The notes under the pieces were generated by a model. It was given only the letters and a program-made list of their open reading frames with translations, made no database searches and was not told the DNA's origin. The position numbers and the translations under genes were made by a program. A stretch of DNA of 64,000 bases from Amphiscolops sp. MND2022 (lineage: Eukaryota), in assembly GCA_964187785.1 (NCBI GenBank), contig OZ076409.1:14262001-14326000 (forward strand). Direction: 5' to 3'. Shown one piece after another: positions 59,320 to 64,000 of the stretch (its first letter is position 1; each line of letters begins with the position of its first letter).

Positions 59320-62300
59320 TGTTCGCGACACGAACTAAATTAATCATGCTTTCATAGCAACCTTGAAAGAGGAGTAACTCGGATAACTCTTACGTAACCG
59401 TTCTCTTTGAACATAACAGAACTTTAACGGTCATTCGGTTTTCGGGCTTTGCTTTTGCATTGATAAAAATGTTTTGCGTTTCGTGTTTACCAACGAACGT
59501 ACCATTTCGGTCGTTCGTGCTCATTTCGGTCGTTCGTCGATACATGTCAATCACTTGAATGACACCTCAACAATTTTCATAGTGAGGTGCCTTCAGTTCA
59601 AACGTTACGTAATTTAATCATATTTCATTCAGTTCACCACGCCATACTGAAACAATGCTTTTGTGCAGCATGTTCAAATGTCTTTGAACTTGCTGGAATC
59701 GGTACAAAGCCGATTCAACTTGCGTTACCTTTTTACCGGTTTTAATTAAAAAATCAAGGAAAGAGTTGTTTCCCAGACAATGACTTGTCTGTTACCTGCT
59801 AAAGTAACTTTAACGTTTTGTGAATCCCTTCCTAGGACACTTAGAGTTGAAATAACATGGGAGACAGGCACTGCTCGGGTCAATCAAACATTAAACTTTC
59901 ACTGCTAGCTGCTGGTTCCTTCATGAGCCGTAATCTTGTAACTGAGCCATAATTCCCATTCCTGTTAACTTTCTTTTAACCCTAATCTTCAATGTAAACC
60001 AACTTTGCTTTATACTTGAACAACTAATCAATTAATTCTTCAATCCATTCATCAGCCTTTTATGCTCCCAAGTTAGCAGTCACAAACCCCCCTTTGTGCA
60101 CGCGGGCACAAACATACTCTACCAACTGAAATTCGCTTTCTTTTCTGGCTGTCTGGAGGAGTGACCGTTGTGAAGTCGTGATCGAAACAACACTTTTGTT
60201 TGGTGGAGGACGTCAGGGCAAGGTTCTGGTTTTTTTGTTTCTGGGTGGAGCACGTCAACCGTTCCGCTGGAAGATTCAGTCCCTACAACCTTTCGTAGTT
60301 CCTCTACTTATTTATTATCTTCACCTCCATCGTCGCAGCGTTGTTCGTCGCAGTAACGACATGGGTTTTCGTCGCAGAAACGATGATGAGGAATGCAGTT
60401 GCCCGTTCGAGGGTCGTGAGTTGTGAACTTAGAACTTTGTTTTTGGCATCAGCGCCATTTTTTTGTCCTTTCGTCTTTCCCTTTAGCCAGCATCAGCGCT
60501 GTACGTACTCTCAATTCCGAAAATCTTGCCTTTTGTTTTTTGCTGTGTTTTTCTGTGCTGATTCATCCTAATTTTTCTAAAGCTTTTTCCACTTCATTGA
60601 TTAGAAAAGTACTTATTTGAGCAAAACCGCTTTGAAAACTGAAAGCCCAATATTTTGTGCTTTAATTTTTGAAAGTTTTAGATTTTATTCAAACCAAACG
60701 TTAATTTTCGCAGTTTGTATTCATTTTGGGCTCAGTTTTTGACTTTTCCTGTGACTTGCCCTTCATGCTGTTTTTTCACTTCATCGAGCCCTATGCTCCC
60801 TCATTAATTTTATTCGAGCCTTATGCTCTGTTAATCTCCTAATCGAGCTTCATGCTGTATTGATCTCTTATCGAGCCATATGCTCTTTCATTCCCTTATT
60901 GAGCCCTATGCTCTTGTTTCCTTCACGTTACATGTTGCCTCCATTTCCGTGCCTTGCCATTTTAGTAACCCGAATCAGTAGCTAGCTTGGGTTTTCGCAA
61001 ATTTTGGGTGTAGTACCGTGTTTCTCATTTTTCTTCCTTTGCCCTCACATACGGGATAACAAAAAGCTAGGACAGAAATTTTTCTCCTTTTTTGTTTTTT
61101 GTACGGTAGCACAAGAGGCAGAGGTACAACCGGATGTACTCTAACTTTTGTTTCGGTAGCCTGCAAATTTAGTTTTTTTTCGGAACAAAAGGAGTTGATA
61201 GTGCACAAAGTACTCCGACTCCTGTTGTTTTCGTCTCTGACGGATCGCCCTCTGAAACTTTTTTTTGAATTTGAAAAATTTGAAATTTCAGTTTGAAGTT
61301 TGAGGATCGTGCGAGTTCAGCTTTGTGTGTTGATTTTTTTTGTCAGTGTTTGATAAGCGAGTTTGAAAGATTTTGAAAATAGTTGGTTGAGCGAACATTC
61401 GCAATGCCAGAAAAGATTGAAAAACTTCTTTTGGATAGAGAAAAGTCTACAAAAAAGTTATTTGAGGCCCTTGATGCTCCCGATGACAATGTCAATCGAA
61501 GTTGCCGAAGAATAAAAGTACAGGCCTTGATTGACGAGTGTAACAACTTGCAACATATCGTTGCAGAGAAAAATACAAAGTTGTCAAAAAGTGATTCCGA
61601 AGGTGTTCGCGCAGAAGCAACTGCTAACGCGGAACAAGTGAATGATCGTTGTAAGCAATCGCTTGAAGAAGCGCGTAACTATGTCTTTGCGCAGTCCCCA
61701 AAAAGTCAGAAATCAAAACAGTCTACTAAACGCTCCAAAACGTCTAGTAAAGCTCGCGCCCTAGTTGAATTGCAACTAGAACAAGAGGAGCTGGAAAGAC
61801 AAGCTGAGGCGCAGAAAAAGTTATTAGAAGATGAAATGCACATGAAAGCCTTACAAATTGAAGAAGCTACGCGTAAAAAGGTACAAGCTGCAAAAGATAA
61901 AGCTTGTTTAGCCAGCATTGAGGACGATGAGTCAGACAACGATCCGGAAGAGTCAGTGATTTCAGCAAAAGAGAATGCTGCTACTAAAACCGCAAAATGG
62001 GTCAATGACATAGTAGCAAATCGTGAAAGTACTGAAGTTCGTTCTGAACCGATTTTGTCTTTTGCAAAAACGGCCGTTACCAGTGCTGGTAATTTTCCTC
62101 TTAGTAGTTCTTCAAATTTTGTACCAAACCAGCAAACAACTCAATTGAACTGTACTAGGAATCCATGGCTTTGTGAACAAGCCGATCTTTTCGAATTGTG
62201 CCCCAGCTCAAAACGTGCAATTTCACGTACCAAATTCTTCAACTACTAATGCAGTTCCTATTTTGGTTCCTCCATCGAACCATGCATTTCCAACTGTGCC

Positions 62301-64000
62301 AACTGGATTACCTGCGGCAAACTTACAATCTTTTTTCGATACTCGTTTGTTTCAGGAATCTTTACCAAAACCTAATCTTGAATGTTTTTCGGGAGATCCA
62401 TTGAAATGGCCCGAATGGAAGGGCATGTTCCAATCGACGTTGTCATCCATCTGTTTCAAATGATCACAAGATGCGATACTTGAAGCTTTTCACAGCCGGG
62501 AAAGCCAAAGCGGTAATAGAAGGTTTTGGTTTTGGTGGTAATTTTTTCGAGCAAGCTTTCGCTGCCCTGCAGCGACGCTTTGGCTCACCCCACTTAGTCG
62601 TAGGTGCACAAATAGACAAGATGAGTAAGCATCCGCCTGTCAAAATGCACAATTCGGAAGCGATCATTGAGTTCTGCCAGGCAGTGGATGCATTTGTATC
62701 CGTTCTCTCGTCCGAGCAGTATTTTAGTGACTTGCAATCTTCTAGTAATTCGTCTCTTCTTGTGTCTAAACTCCCTATAAATCTTAGAGAACAGTGGTTC
62801 GCATTCACTGAGAACTCGAAGTCTGCAGTGAATTTAGTTAGTTTTCGTGATTGGCTACAGAAGAAAGCGATGATTCATGAACGCCTTCTCTTATCATCTA
62901 CAAAGAGAGAAAAATGTGAACAAAAACCTGAAAGGGTTCGGAGAGCAAACTTCTTTGCAACTAGTGTCTCCAACTCAACCGATAAACAACGAAATAACCA
63001 CAATTCATGTGCCTTTTGTCAGGGTAGTCATAAACTGTGGAAGTGCGGTGCATTTCTCGGCAAATCTGTTAAGCAACGAAGTACGTTCGCACGAGATAGT
63101 AAACTCTGTTTTTCTTGCCTTCAAGCCGGTCATATGTCTAAAGATTGTAAGATGGATTTGAAGTGCATCAAAAAAGGTTGCAAAAAGTCCCACAATGTTC
63201 TTTTACACATTGAAAACAGCGAGAAGTCTGGCAAAGCCACCGGAATAGCAACTGCGTCAGAAAACTCCATCGCTTCTTGTACTGTTGCGCAAGCTCACAG
63301 AGAAGCCTTGCAGGTATTAGAAATTGGTTTGAGGAATGGTTCCTCTGAAGCAAAGGCTTGGGCACTTTGTGATACCGGGAGTACCCATTCGTGGGTGTCT
63401 GAGAAGTTGCGTTCTGAAATGGGTTTGAAGGGTTCTCATGAAGTTGTTTTTGTTCGCGGTGTTACTGGGACCATTGAAGGTAGCACTCGTTGTGTACATT
63501 TGGAACTTTTTTCGTTAGAGGATAACAAATTTGTTTCATTGAAATTTTCTGCTTTGGTGAGACCCGGTTTGTACTTGGGCAATGAAAAACTAGATCTTCG
63601 GAATCTCAAACATGATTGCTCGCATCTGAAACATGTTGTTGCTGACGTTATTGATTACTCCAAACTTTCAGTGATCCTTGGTCAAGATGTGTTCTCAGCC
63701 ATCTGTCCTATTGGTTATAGTACTTCGGATAAACATTTTCCATGGGCCGTCCAGTTACCTATCGGTTGGGTTGTTAGCGGACCGCTGCCTAATTGCAAAC
63801 AACTGAAGGAAAGTTGTTGCATGTTTTCTTCTACTGAAACCAATTCGGACAAAAGCGATGGATGCGCCGAACATTTGTCATCCCAAGTGTCAAAGTGGTG
63901 GGCGCTTGAGTCCTACTCTTCGTTTGTCAATGTACAGCCGAGATCTAAAAGTGACAAACAGGCTTCGAAAATTTTGAACGAGACCTGTCACCTCAATGGT
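59320..64000 (+). mobile_element. Inverted duplicate of the BEL element: 5' LTR 59320-60114, leader, frameshifted gag-protease; runs off the window
   Basis: Same flank (ggaaa, reverse complement of the TSD) and same gag lesion (STLSSICFK*) as the first copy. Confidence 0.97.

Larger units (their letters stand above)
54000..64000. repeat. Right arm of a giant inverted duplication (mirror of 41081-50988)
   Basis: Reverse-complement match of the LINE, spacer, BEL LTR, leader and gag. 64000 maps to 41081 and 54000 to 50988. Scattered SNPs and indels between arms. Confidence 0.97.

Overview
Eukaryotic, most likely invertebrate animal, genomic DNA dominated by transposons. It contains one clear host gene: an intronless, divergent ORP5/ORP8-type lipid-transfer gene at 27862-30402 (+). 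From left to right: (1) a GATC-rich 38-bp satellite with kb-scale higher-order duplications (1-6128); (2) a field of DNA-transposon relics, including a hAT nested in a hAT (both with 8-bp TSDs), a deleted pogo/Tigger, and Tc1-like, Merlin-like and CCC-ended MITEs, plus a dispersed Helitron-like repeat; (3) the ORP gene; (4) a 1949-bp tandem duplication; (5) a complete but frameshifted BEL/Pao LTR retrotransposon (37057-45786, minus strand, 794-bp LTRs, 5-bp TSD); (6) rearranged copies of a CR1/L2-group LINE with an SGNH-esterase ORF1 and a 2A (StopGo) motif. From 41081 to the window end the sequence is a giant inverted duplication centred on the LINE cluster and a 200-N gap. The most unusual signals are a non-canonical BEL primer-binding site complementary to a tRNA D-arm, a full-length twin-primed LINE, the palindrome itself, an altered ligand pocket in the ORP, and a possible MITE origin for the satellite. 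All alignments were done by eye and no database search was run.
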